Source of the DNA: Candidatus Hydrogenedentota bacterium
Lineage (GTDB): Bacteria > Hydrogenedentota > Hydrogenedentia > Hydrogenedentales > SLHB01
Reading direction: 5' to 3'
Assembly: GCA_963674865.2 (NCBI GenBank)
Contig: CAXXYE010000003.1
Coordinates: forward strand, 224,001 to 288,000
Length of the DNA: 64,000 nucleotides
The notes beneath the pieces were generated by a model. The model was not told the DNA's origin, searched no databases, and worked only from the letters and a program-made list of their open reading frames with translations. Made by a program: the position numbers and the translations under genes. This document shows, in pieces, positions 44,694 to 54,934 of the stretch. Numbering within the stretch: position 1 is the stretch's first letter; each line of letters starts with the position of its first letter.

Positions 44694-45644
44694 TTATTTC
44701 CCCGGATCGGCCTTGTGCCTTTCCCTGCCTAGGTCAACGCTGGCGAAGTACGGTGTAGCTCTATAGTCTTCGGACCAGATGCCTCGCAGCAACCATATGA
44801 GCCATGGTGCGCTGATCCCCAGCAACATAACCGCACCGATAAGAAGGTGGGTGGGGTCACTTTCCAGGAGTGAAGAGCCTGCGGTTTCGGCAGTCAAGTC
44901 TTCGGCTAAAGCCGTCGCTAAAGAAAGGGCATTTCCGATGACGTGACATGCTATGGGAACTGCGAGGCACTGCGTCCGAAGGTACAGTGCGACCATCACC
45001 AGCCCGAAGGCAAAAGCAGCGGGCTTTGATTGATGATAGGATGCGAAAGTCACCGACGAAAGAATCGCAGCCCACTTCAGATTCCATTTGCTGCTCCAGT
45101 GGGTCAGGAGAATGCCTCGGAACAGCACCTCTTCAGTGACCGGGCCTATGACAACAACCAGGAAACCGGAACCAACATACGCGACGATCATCCAGATGTT
45201 TGTTGACTCGAACGCGCGGTCGAAGTATTGCAGCGCCGAGGACTTCTCAGGTGCAACAAGCTCCCCAGGATGAATGAGTTGTGAAGCGGCGTATGCCTCA
45301 GCGCATACCACCCCAACCTGCAGAATCATGGCAAGGATTAAGTAGGCGGGAAGGAGAGACCACGTCCGTAGCTTAGGCGACTGGCCGGCCATTCGTCGCA
45401 AGTCGCCGCCGGACAAACCTGAGTCAACAGCCAACCACAGCCATACAGGCGTGAACAACATCGCCCAAGAAAAAAACGCCACAATCGGGTATTCGTGGTT
45501 CGCTGGACTCAGGCGACGCAACAAGGCCGGAATACTGAGGGCCAGGAAGTATCCGCCGCCTATCCACAGAACCAGCGACACGAGCGCGTACTGCCCAAGC
45601 GGACTGCCTGGATGCTCGGTCTCTTTGAGTGTGAGGTGAGGCAC
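44694..45644 (-). CDS. CPBP (CAAX/Abi) family intramembrane metalloprotease
   Basis: Motifs EEVLFRG, FASYH and HVIGN within a multi-TM protein. Confidence 0.88.
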   Translation of the reverse strand: MPHLTLKETEHPGSPLGQYALVSLVLWIGGGYFLALSIPALLRRLSPANHEYPIVAFFSWAMLFTPVWLWLAVDSGLSGGDLRRMAGQSPKLRTWSLLPAYLILAMILQVGVVCAEAYAASQLIHPGELVAPEKSSALQYFDRAFESTNIWMIVAYVGSGFLVVVIGPVTEEVLFRGILLTHWSSKWNLKWAAILSSVTFASYHQSKPAAFAFGLVMVALYLRTQCLAVPIACHVIGNALSLATALAEDLTAETAGSSLLESDPTHLLIGAVMLLGISAPWLIWLLRGIWSEDYRATPYFASVDLGRERHKADPGK

Positions 45645-45859
45645 GTTTAGAAGACCATGCTTCCCTGAGCGGGATGCTGCTTGAAGATCGTGCGTCCCAA
45701 CTTACTCTACCTCGCCACCGGGCCTCGACCCACTGTCCTGAAAGACAGGCTCGACTCGCGGCCTGCAGATTCCACTGTCGCGCCGTATGGTGGCTCGCGA
45801 TCCCGGCTTTGAGAGATACCACCAGAAACTCACTCATAGCCAAACAAGAGGCGCGGCGT

Positions 45860-46510
45860 TCACTCCCTCGGCTGCAATGTCCACTCGCTGCCTGCGAATT
45901 CAACTACCTTCGTTTCACCGTTCTCGACAATCGTTGCGGTGGGTGGACCCGGTTCCCGGAAATGGACCTCTTGCGTCTCGACCCAAGCCGTGTCCATAAG
46001 TATGCAGGCCTGATGCGTTGATAAATCGATCATAGTGTCAAACCTACCATCAGAGTTTAGGTCTTTGTACGTGAATCCTGCTTTGAAGTCGGGGTCTAGC
46101 AGCAAGACAAGGTCAACACGGCCAAATCCCCCCGCGCGGTCATGGTTCGTGAATGCTAAGATGGCGTGCGGGCCAGATGGATTGCCTACATGCACGGCCA
46201 GTGTTTCTGCCACGCCATCGTCGTCCTCGTCCTCGATGTCGTACGTCAAGGCTCTGTCCGTATCACGCCAAGCGAATAGCGTCCACTCCTCAAGACAACC
46301 ATCAGCGTCTGTGTCGAGGCATAGCTCGCTCGCCTTGCTGGGGCCAGGCCATCCGAGCAATTCCTCGTGGGGTGACAACTTCTTGCGCACGACAGGAGCG
46401 TCAGTGGTTACTCCACAGGTTCTGTCTATCAGCGATAAGGTCGCCACGGAGCTGGCGACTGCGACCACTAGGAAAGCGGCTCCTAGCTTCACCCCTGCTC
46501 GGATTGCCAT
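45860..46510 (-). CDS. Hypothetical membrane-anchored or exported protein with DxDxDG loops
   Basis: ATG at 46510 after GGGGAG. N-terminal hydrophobic helix, then DTDADG, DEDDDG and DLNSDG. Confidence 0.7.
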   Translation of the reverse strand: MAIRAGVKLGAAFLVVAVASSVATLSLIDRTCGVTTDAPVVRKKLSPHEELLGWPGPSKASELCLDTDADGCLEEWTLFAWRDTDRALTYDIEDEDDDGVAETLAVHVGNPSGPHAILAFTNHDRAGGFGRVDLVLLLDPDFKAGFTYKDLNSDGRFDTMIDLSTHQACILMDTAWVETQEVHFREPGPPTATIVENGETKVVEFAGSEWTLQPRE

Positions 46511-46526
46511 GCTTCGTTCTCCCCTA

Positions 46527-46730
46527 CTATCCCGCAAGCTTGACGCAGAGAGCATATTTCCGTTCGGCCTCCTCGACCTTCTGCCAGAGATCCTTACAGT
46601 AGGTTGAAGTGTCCCCTATGCCGCCACACTCGTTGGTATATTTGAACTCCAACTCCCGTTTCCTCCTAAGTGCCTTCATGCAGGTGAAATCCATGCACGA
46701 TTTGTGGGAATTTCCGGGACAGACTGCGAA
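46527..46730 (-). pseudogene. Cys-rich 67-codon frame, either a truncated gene 3' end or a small protein
   Basis: FAVCPGNSHKSCMDFTCMKALRRKRELEFKYTNECGGIGDTSTYCKDLWQKVEEAERKYALCVKLAG. The stop lies 16 nt before the next ATG. Confidence 0.4.
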
Positions 46731-47072
46731 TTAAGCCCTTGTTTCGGGGGCTGTTGGCAACGCGTTGGGCACTTGGGCTTCCGACCACGCTTATCGCGAC
46801 GCAAGGCGCGGCTGAGAAGGTGCTCAGATTGATCAAGGAAAAGTATCCAGCCGCGGAGCCAACCCGTCTCAGTGTCGCGCCGAATGCGCTGTACGCGGCC
46901 ATCATCCTCCCCTTCGCAGAGCCATGTCCGCCAATCCGATATCACCCCCGGCGGGGGCAACTCCTGCGATAATACACCATCCGCCCGCAACCGGCAATTG
47001 CGTGGCCGCGCAGCCAATGGCCGCCCCAATTCGCAGTCTGTCCCTCTCAATTCCACCAAGCGGGGTTGCGAT

Positions 47073-47846
47073 TCATTCCACCCGCGGAGCGGGCTGCGCG
47101 GGGATGATGCTCAGGTCTTGTGCGACGGCCATGAGGGCGCCGATGGTGTTCACGAGTGGGAATTCGATGCCGGCGGCGAAGAGTTGGCGCAGCTCGTCGG
47201 GCGAATCCGTGCCGAAATAGTTGATGCGGATGTCCTTTTCTTTCAGGACAGGGGTGAATTCGGCCATTTCCGGCGCGAAAGGGCCGTGAATCTGGATGAA
47301 ATCGCATCCCATGGCGATGGTTTCGTTCACGTAGTCCCATGACGACCCTTGCCGCTCCATATTGCAGATGAGCACGCCGAGCTCGGCCGCCCGGGCCGCA
47401 CTCGCCGCCTCGGAGTTGCAGGCCAAGAAGGCCTGATGGAGGCGGCCTGCATCGGCAACCGCCTGCGCCGCCCGCTCACCGAGTTCCCCGCCGCCTTTAA
47501 GTTCCACGTTGAGCCAGATATTGCGCGGCATCACGGCCAAAGCCTCCTCGAAGGTGGGGACTTGCTCCCCGGCGAACGCGGGGGCCATCCAGCCGCCTGC
47601 GTCCAGCGCTTTGAGCTCGGCCAGCGTCAAATCGGCGACGTTTCCTGTGCCGTTGGTGGTGCGATCCACCGTGGCATCGTGCATGAGAACCATGGCCTTA
47701 TCTCGCGTCAGTTGGAGATCAAACTCGATCATATGCGCGCCCAGGCGAATCGCCTCACGGAATGAAGCAAGGGTGTTTTCCGGATGCGTGGCCATGGCGC
47801 CGCGATGGGCGCATAGGCCGCGCTCGGGCAAGGACATGTGTGTCAT
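47073..47846 (-). CDS. Glycerophosphodiester phosphodiesterase
   Basis: Motifs AHRG, PENT, EFD, HD and NVELK. ATGA overlap with the upstream gene. Confidence 0.92.
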   Translation of the reverse strand: MTHMSLPERGLCAHRGAMATHPENTLASFREAIRLGAHMIEFDLQLTRDKAMVLMHDATVDRTTNGTGNVADLTLAELKALDAGGWMAPAFAGEQVPTFEEALAVMPRNIWLNVELKGGGELGERAAQAVADAGRLHQAFLACNSEAASAARAAELGVLICNMERQGSSWDYVNETIAMGCDFIQIHGPFAPEMAEFTPVLKEKDIRINYFGTDSPDELRQLFAAGIEFPLVNTIGALMAVAQDLSIIPAQPAPRVE

Positions 47847-48199
47847 TCCGTCTTTTCCTCCGGCGATGCTGCAATCGAATAGAGCCACCAGCGGATCTTC
47901 TGCTCGCGTTTCGAGCGGGCCTGCCGCTCGAAGTAGAGTTTCATCTCCAATCCCTCAGCGGTCTTCACGCGAAACCAGTGTTTCCGAGTGTATTGCTCCC
48001 GGCTTCCGCTGCGGCATGGGCCCGTCTCGCGCCATTGCTCGAGCACCTCGGCGATGGCATGCTCCCGGCCGCGCCATAAAAACCGACGCGGCACACCCGG
48101 CCCGCCCGGCTCGCGGACAAGTGTGTCGATGACCTCCCCGGCGCGTTGAATCGGCTCCGAAATCAGTTTTTCGCGGGGCGATGGTTCCCGGGGCGTCAT
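47843..48199 (-). CDS. DUF6504-like small cytoplasmic protein
   Basis: PRRFLWRG...VLEQW...KHWFRV...WWL pattern, with ATGA overlaps on both sides. Confidence 0.65.
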   Translation of the reverse strand: MTPREPSPREKLISEPIQRAGEVIDTLVREPGGPGVPRRFLWRGREHAIAEVLEQWRETGPCRSGSREQYTRKHWFRVKTAEGLEMKLYFERQARSKREQKIRWWLYSIAASPEEKTE

Positions 48200-48681
48200 G
48201 GAAGTATTCCCTCCTCCTGGCGCCGCCACGCTCGGGCCATCTGCAAGGCCTCGCGCAGGTGCTCGGTGGTGATGCCGGCGCTCTTGTATATCTTTCCGCC
48301 AGGCGCGTGGACTAGGAGCCGGTGGGCGTTGAACTTGTCGCCGGTGATCCCCTCCTGAAGTCCCGTGACGGCGTCGCGTTGCAGAACCACGGTGCGGCCG
48401 GGGAAATGGTATTCGAGCTGCATGGATGCGCCCCCAAGCTCGATTCGGTAGAAGGAAGTCCAGCAGAGGCCGTAGGCGACGGCACTGACAGCGGCGGCCA
48501 GGGCGCCTCCCAGTAGAACGCCCAAGCTACGTGAGGCGCCCCAATGGCGAAATTGCGGCCGCCGAACGCTCGGATAGGCGCATAATGCGTATACCACGGC
48601 GCCGATGGCGACGCCGATTACCGTGAGAAACCAGAACATGACCGCGGCCCCGGAAACGCTGCCGAAGTCGTAGGATCGCAT
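48196..48681 (-). CDS. Hypothetical membrane protein (2 TM plus soluble domain)
   Basis: ATG at 48681 after GGGAGG and two hydrophobic segments. Confidence 0.7.
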   Translation of the reverse strand: MRSYDFGSVSGAAVMFWFLTVIGVAIGAVVYALCAYPSVRRPQFRHWGASRSLGVLLGGALAAAVSAVAYGLCWTSFYRIELGGASMQLEYHFPGRTVVLQRDAVTGLQEGITGDKFNAHRLLVHAPGGKIYKSAGITTEHLREALQMARAWRRQEEGILP

Positions 48682-48967
48682 GCGATTTGTCCCTCCCGTG
48701 CCAAGGTTCATTGCTTCGGTTATAGCGCTCCGCGGAGGCAGGCTTCAATCGGGGCTTGCCGCCGCTCCCACGCGGCTGCCCGGCGGCTCCGCACATACCT
48801 CGCCCGGGGCGGATTCTGTGCGTCCAAAACCACGAAAATACCTCTTGACAAGCCCACGGGAACGGCATAATTTAGGGAGGCGCAGGGGATGGGCCGGCAT
48901 GGGGCCGCGCTGGGTGGCGGGCTGTGAGAGCAGTGTCGGCCACCTGCTCACTGAGGAGGAAGCTACA

Positions 48968-49630
48968 ATGAAGACGCAACGAATTGGGCTGCTGGTTCTC
49001 ACTGTCTTTACCGCGGCGGCGGTGGCCTGCTGGGCTCCGAACGCGGCGGCGGGCAGGCCAACGATTCCCCCGAGCACGATTGAAACGATCTGGCAGCTCC
49101 AGGCCAAGGGGATCGCCGGTAGCCTTGGCCTGGCCGAGAAAGACGCCGAAGCGCTTGTGGAGGCTTACAAGGCCGCCCGGAAGGCATACCAGGAAGGCGC
49201 CGAGAAGTTGCCCGACGGGGAAGATGTGGACCGTCAAGCACGGCGTGAAGCGATGCAGAAGCTTCGTGACGAAAGTCGGGGAGCGCTTGAAGCCAAACTC
49301 AAGGCCATGTTGAAGGAGGAGCAGGTTCCTCAGGCCATGGCGACCCTGGGCTCCTTCGACCGCAACTGGGATCGCTACGTGTGGCGGATCACCTTCTTCG
49401 AGCTTGATGATGAGCCGCTCGCCCAGGCGGTGGCTTCTATCAATAAATACGTCATTGACGTGAACAAGTTGACGAGGCCCGAGGCCGATGCTGATCGCGA
49501 TGCCTGGCGCGAGAAGCGCGGCGATCTGAAGAAATCGCTCGACAAGGAACTCAAGAAGATTCTCAACAAAGAGCAATACGATCAGTGGCTGCTGCATACG
49601 CGGCCACACGAGCGTGAGCGCGCGGCATAA
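48968..49630 (+). CDS. Secreted helical hypothetical protein
   Basis: GAGGAGG RBS, Sec signal peptide and two charged helical repeats ending LKEEQ and LNKEQ. Confidence 0.75.
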   Translation: MKTQRIGLLVLTVFTAAAVACWAPNAAAGRPTIPPSTIETIWQLQAKGIAGSLGLAEKDAEALVEAYKAARKAYQEGAEKLPDGEDVDRQARREAMQKLRDESRGALEAKLKAMLKEEQVPQAMATLGSFDRNWDRYVWRITFFELDDEPLAQAVASINKYVIDVNKLTRPEADADRDAWREKRGDLKKSLDKELKKILNKEQYDQWLLHTRPHERERAA

Positions 49631-49927
49631 ACCGCCGCCATATCCGATTCTCGCGAAGACAGCGGGGATGATTTGTCCCGAGTCTCTCCAGCTTGGAGAG
49701 ATGCCTCAGAGGGGCGGGTCATCCCCGTGATGTTCTTCAGGTCCGGCCGCTTTTGGGCGCCGATGTCCGCCGCCCGGGCGAGTTCCTTACGTCGAATACG
49801 CGGTAATGTCCCTGCCTCGTTATGCGCCGGCCGGGCGGACGAGGCAAACGCGCGGGGACAAGAGGTTGCGCCGCGAGCCGTGGCTACCTATCATGGCCGG
49901 AGAGCCGTCTAAATGAGGGGAGTCGTC

Positions 49928-52018
49928 ATGCGAACCGTGAAGACCATCCAAATCGTTGCTGTGCTGGTGTTGCTGTCATCGGGGTGTCAGAGCCTGCGCG
50001 AGGCCGCCGGGCCAGCCGCCTCCAATATCCGGCCTGCTGGCATATTTACTGACAACATGGTGCTTCAGCGAGATATCGATATCCCCGTGTGGGGCTGGGC
50101 CGATCCCGGCGGGCGGGTGACAGTCGCCCTCAACGGCCGACAGGCACGTGCCAAGGTTGGCAGTGACGGCGCATGGATGGTTCGGCTCCGCTCTATGCCC
50201 GCCGGCGGGCCGTATACCATGACGATTCGAGGCGAGGAGGCCTTGATTTTGCGCAACGTAATGGTCGGGGACGTCTGGATATGCTCCGGCCAATCGAATA
50301 TGCAGATGCCGGTGAAGATAGGGGATTACGGCGTCGAGAATGGCGATGCGGAGGTCGCTGCCGCGCGGTTCCCGAATATTCGCCTCTTCATGACGCCCAC
50401 GGTGACCTCCTTTGAGCCGATGGCCGATATCCCGCCCGTTCCCGAAGAGAGTCGGCTGAGTCCGTGGCAAAAGGATAGCCGGCGTTGGTTGATATGCGGG
50501 CCCGATACGGTTCCTCCGTTTTCGGCGGTGGCCTATTTCTTCGGCCGTGCCGTGCATCGCGAGCTTGATGTGCCTATCGGGCTCATCCAAACGGCCTGGG
50601 GAGGAACCGTATGCGAGGCATGGACCGAGACGGAAGCCCTGCTGCCATTGCCGGACCTCGCGGCGGCCGTCGCCGAGATGGAAGCTTCTGTGTCGAAAAT
50701 GCCGGAGCTGCAGCGCGCCTATGAGCGGGAAAAGGCCGCGTGGGAGCAGGAGCACGCGGCGTGGTGGGCGAAGTTTCAGGCCAGCGATCCCGGATATCGC
50801 GATGGCGAGCCACTATGGGCCAAGCCGGACTTTGACGATGGCGACTGGCAAGTCATGGAACTCCCCGGCTACTGGGAATCAGCCGGATTACCTGGTTTCG
50901 ATGGGAATGTGTGGTATCGAAAGGATGTGGTCTTGTCCGGCGATATGGCCGGAAAGCCCCTGACGCTCAGTTTGGGCCCCATCAACGATATGGACCGCAC
51001 GTGGCTTAACGGTGTACTTGTAGGCACCACGGAAACCGACGGCCAGTATCAGACGCCTCGTGTCTACAGCATCCCCGCGGGGGTGGCCAAAGCCGGCAGG
51101 AACGTCATTGCCGTGCGCGTCTACGACATGGGCAACAAAGGCGGCCTGTGGGGAAAGCCGGAAGAACTGCGACTATCCGACGGGGACTCCAACGTTTTCT
51201 CATTGGCCGGTGTGTGGCGGTATCAAACGGGGGCTTCTCTAGCAATGGTTCCTCCGAAGCCGATGCCGCCCAAGTACCGTGTCGGCAATCCCAATTTGCC
51301 CGGCGTGCTTTACAACGCCATGATCGCGCCGCTGATGCCCTTCGGCATTCGAGGCGCCATCTGGTACCAGGGCGAGTCCAATGCATCGCGGGCAGAGGAG
51401 TATCGCTCACTCTTTCCCGCGATGATCCGGAACTGGCGGCAGGCTTGGGGACAAGGCGACTTCCCCTTTCTCTTTGTCCAGCTCGCGAACTGGACGAGAT
51501 ATGAGAGCGGCCAACTCGTGGACGCCGGGTGGCCCGAGCTCCGCGAGGCCCAGCTTATGACGCTCGCCCTCCCCAGCACCGGCATGGCCGTGACCATTGA
51601 TATCGGCAATCCCGAGGACATCCATCCCAAGAATAAACAAGACGTGGGTAGGCGTTTGGCTCTGGCCGCGCGGCACGTAGCCTATGGACAGGATATCGTC
51701 TATTCGGGGCCCGTCTTCAAGGCGATGGTGAGAGAGGGGGACGCCATTCGCCTGCGCTTCGATCATGTCGGCAGCGGCCTTGTTGCCAAGGGCGGCGATG
51801 ACCTCAAGGGCTTCACCGTCGCGGGCATGGACCGCCGGTTCGTTCCCGCGACGGCTCGGACCGCGGGCGACACCATCGTCCTCTCCGCTGACGGCATCCC
51901 CGATCCCGTGGCAGTCCGATACGCGTGGGCCATCAATCCCGACTGCAATCTTTACAATAGGGAAGGTCTGCCCGCGTCTCCTTTCCGGACGGATCACTGG
52001 CCGGCAGCAAGCCGCTAG
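49928..52018 (+). CDS. Sialate O-acetylesterase family (SGNH) lipoprotein with inserted sugar-binding domain
   Basis: Lipobox-like LSSGC, plus GQSNM, WYQGESN and DIHP. Confidence 0.9.
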   Translation: MRTVKTIQIVAVLVLLSSGCQSLREAAGPAASNIRPAGIFTDNMVLQRDIDIPVWGWADPGGRVTVALNGRQARAKVGSDGAWMVRLRSMPAGGPYTMTIRGEEALILRNVMVGDVWICSGQSNMQMPVKIGDYGVENGDAEVAAARFPNIRLFMTPTVTSFEPMADIPPVPEESRLSPWQKDSRRWLICGPDTVPPFSAVAYFFGRAVHRELDVPIGLIQTAWGGTVCEAWTETEALLPLPDLAAAVAEMEASVSKMPELQRAYEREKAAWEQEHAAWWAKFQASDPGYRDGEPLWAKPDFDDGDWQVMELPGYWESAGLPGFDGNVWYRKDVVLSGDMAGKPLTLSLGPINDMDRTWLNGVLVGTTETDGQYQTPRVYSIPAGVAKAGRNVIAVRVYDMGNKGGLWGKPEELRLSDGDSNVFSLAGVWRYQTGASLAMVPPKPMPPKYRVGNPNLPGVLYNAMIAPLMPFGIRGAIWYQGESNASRAEEYRSLFPAMIRNWRQAWGQGDFPFLFVQLANWTRYESGQLVDAGWPELREAQLMTLALPSTGMAVTIDIGNPEDIHPKNKQDVGRRLALAARHVAYGQDIVYSGPVFKAMVREGDAIRLRFDHVGSGLVAKGGDDLKGFTVAGMDRRFVPATARTAGDTIVLSADGIPDPVAVRYAWAINPDCNLYNREGLPASPFRTDHWPAASR

Positions 52019-52590
52019 GCACGCAAGAAGGGCTTCGGGACGGGACTGCAAGGCTTGTTTCCCAAGGCCGTGATTACCTGCAACGCGACCAAATCGCGAC
52101 AGGCGCCGGTTCACCGGGGGCGTGAGAACACGTTTTCTTTGCCTTTTTGGGGTCGGTATTCTTTTTTTTCTCATTAATCTATGTAATTGGTAGAAAAAAA
52201 CGCGTGCATCATCTAAGAGACTTCGCTAAGATGATAACTCACGTGTGGGGTGACACGCGGTGTGTTGGCGATTGCCAGCAGGGAAAGACAGGGTTGTGGG
52301 GCACTAGTGTCGGGTGGGACGGTACGTCTACAGTATCCGGCAGTTGCGACGGGGGTCAGTGTTTACGGATGAGAGTTCAGGAGAAGCATTCTCCCTTGGC
52401 CGGCCTCCTGACGAGGCTCGGGCACTTTATTCGGGGACATGGGCGCGGCGAGGCGACTCTCTGCCTTCTTGGCCCAAGCGATTCGTACGACAAGCTCCTA
52501 CGCAATTCGCCATCGGCTTGTGCTGCTGGGCATACGGATCCACACCGTCACGACGGCGTGCTGTTTCCCAACATAGGCAGTATGTAGAGC

Positions 52591-54678
52591 ATGGGCATGA
52601 GTGAGAAGCACCCCCGCCTATTCACCACATGCAGGGCCCTGCGGCGACACCTGCCATTTGTGCTCTTCCTCGTTGTCTTCTATACCTACTGCTCGCACTG
52701 GCTGGCGCGTCTTGCCTCTCTGGACCTCTCCAATGACGAGTTTCAGTTGTTTGAACATGCCAGAAGCCTGATAGAAAACGGACGGTTTCAGCGCATCAAC
52801 ATCGACCCCCTCTTTCTGCCGGGGCTGCCCCGCGGCGCTGTGTTTGCCGTGCTTGCCGCCGCCGCCATGCTGGTGCTGGGCGTTACGGAAACGGCGGGAA
52901 GACTGCCCGCCTTGCTCTCCGGCGCAGCGTGCATGGCCTGTTTCTATGTCATTTGCTATCGTGTGACGCGTCGGCGGGGAATGGCGCTCCTGTGCCCACT
53001 CCTGCTTGCCCTTACGCCGCTTTTCATAAGGTGGCACTTCTGTTGCCGGTTCTACACAACGATTCTGCTTTTTCACGTCCTCACACTGTACTTCTTCTTC
53101 CGCGGCGTGGAGAAACCACTCGCGTCCGACAGGGAGACGCCGTCAGACGAACCATCCAGTCCGAAACACCGACTCGCTAGCCTTCTATGGCGGCCATTTC
53201 GACGCTTCTTGGACGCGGAGCGGCTTAGCCCCGTCTATCTCATTCTGTCTTTTGTCTGCTTCTGGATGAATCTCAACCAGCACCTTGCGCTTGCCATGGC
53301 CGCCTTCGGCCTTTGCGGCTACGGTGCTGTAATGCTGTTGCTAAATGTTGGCGCCCTCACGGCTCGTATCGTTCGCAGGAAGACGGATTCACTCCCTGCC
53401 CCTCCCCTCGCCCAAAGATTCTATGCCAAGTACGCTGTGCTAACGGTTCTGTTCTCTGCGGGTGTCGCTCTGGTTTGGGAGGCCCGTGCCGGCCACGGCG
53501 GGTGGTCCACCGGCATCGCGTTGTTGGATCAGATACCGGCGTCGGTGCACCGCCATCTCGATACCAGCTTGGGCCAGGCGAACACGGCAATGCTTAAGGA
53601 GTTCTTTCCGTCGGCTCATGGGTGGGCGGTGTGCGCCCTTATGGTTCTGGGCGTGATTGCCTTCTGGCTCTACGGGCACGGCACGCGGTATTACGGCATC
53701 TTCTTGGGTGTGAACTACTTGCTCTGCCTGCCCATTGCCGTGTACGGATGGCGGCGTTGTGAGCCACGGTATGGGATATTCTTCCTCGCCATGCACGTCC
53801 CTCTCCTGGCGGCGGGCGTCTATGCCTTCGCCATGGCGCCGTTGGGCATCTGGGTGCGCATTCGGCGTTCGCGCATTATTCCGATGATGGGCCACGTCAT
53901 GCCAACGGCGGTCGCCTTGGGCCTTTTGGCCGCGCTCTATGTGCCGACTCTGAGAACCGGCGCCTATTTCTCTCGTGCGTTCGTGAAGCCCTTTCGCCAG
54001 GTTGAGTACCGGGAGGGCTACGGCTATCTCTTCGCGCATCTCCGGCCCGGCGATGCCGTGGGTTTCCAGTTCAGTCGCGACTACTATGTTAAGCTCATGG
54101 AGAAGAAGCACGGCGTCACTCCGGAGATGTACCATTCCTTCTCGCTTGAAACGCGCCAACGATTTCGATTCCGCACCTTGGCCGCGATCATGAGGGAGCA
54201 TCCGAGCGGCTGGCTGGTTTGGGCCACGCGAAAGGCCGGGCACGTGACGCCATCGGTTCGCGACTTCTGTGCCAAATACCTCACCGAGCACCACCCGACT
54301 AAGAACAACACAATCGTCCTTTACTCCTGGAATCCCGTGCAGACCGCGGAGCTGTTCAGGAAGGTTGACGAGTACCGGCGTGACGGCGAGATTACCTTCG
54401 CTATGCTCGTTATTGACTTGGATGTCCGCGATAGGTGTCACGCATTCTGGAGCCAGCTTTTCGATTCTATCCCTATCGGTGATATTCCGATGAGCGAGCT
54501 GCTGAGACAGCCACTGGACCTCGCCGTTGTCAGGCCGCAGTCTCCGGAAGATCTTCTTCCGGAGAGCCTTCCTCGGCTGTTGGGCCGCTATTGCCAGGAC
54601 TGTGATACCGAGAAGGCCATATACGCCACGATCTTCATGAACGGGAAACAGGGCCTTCTCATTTGCCAGCGTTCATGA
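52591..54678 (+). CDS. GT-C (ArnT/PMT-like) membrane glycosyltransferase
   Basis: DE motif after the first TM, GRLPALL and RFYT, many TMs and a C-terminal soluble domain. Confidence 0.65.
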   Translation: MGMSEKHPRLFTTCRALRRHLPFVLFLVVFYTYCSHWLARLASLDLSNDEFQLFEHARSLIENGRFQRINIDPLFLPGLPRGAVFAVLAAAAMLVLGVTETAGRLPALLSGAACMACFYVICYRVTRRRGMALLCPLLLALTPLFIRWHFCCRFYTTILLFHVLTLYFFFRGVEKPLASDRETPSDEPSSPKHRLASLLWRPFRRFLDAERLSPVYLILSFVCFWMNLNQHLALAMAAFGLCGYGAVMLLLNVGALTARIVRRKTDSLPAPPLAQRFYAKYAVLTVLFSAGVALVWEARAGHGGWSTGIALLDQIPASVHRHLDTSLGQANTAMLKEFFPSAHGWAVCALMVLGVIAFWLYGHGTRYYGIFLGVNYLLCLPIAVYGWRRCEPRYGIFFLAMHVPLLAAGVYAFAMAPLGIWVRIRRSRIIPMMGHVMPTAVALGLLAALYVPTLRTGAYFSRAFVKPFRQVEYREGYGYLFAHLRPGDAVGFQFSRDYYVKLMEKKHGVTPEMYHSFSLETRQRFRFRTLAAIMREHPSGWLVWATRKAGHVTPSVRDFCAKYLTEHHPTKNNTIVLYSWNPVQTAELFRKVDEYRRDGEITFAMLVIDLDVRDRCHAFWSQLFDSIPIGDIPMSELLRQPLDLAVVRPQSPEDLLPESLPRLLGRYCQDCDTEKAIYATIFMNGKQGLLICQRS

Positions 54679-54934
54679 TGCCTGTCTGCAGTACGCCTGT
54701 TCGTGAGCCCGCTTCTGTGGCACTTCAGGGAGATCTGTGAGCGGCGTCTTGGCCATCAGGGACGCATCAGCGGCGTGACAATTCCCACACCGAAAGGGTA
54801 TAAAGGGCGTTCGGATAGGATGTGTGAGTGCTCAGGAAAGTGTGCGCCCGCGCATTTCCTGGCCGCTTGGGGCGGCATAGAGTATTCTTCATCCAGTTGG
54901 CCGCGTAGGTCGGCAGTCGCCGGAGATCTGAACC

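Noticed and set aside
46739..46972. 77-aa plus-strand ORF
   Set aside because: It has no RBS or recognisable motif. It could be a remnant, but I cannot support that.
52162..52200. TTTTTTTCT...AGAAAAAAA inverted repeat
   Set aside because: These are low-complexity A/T tracts, most simply promoter-region DNA.
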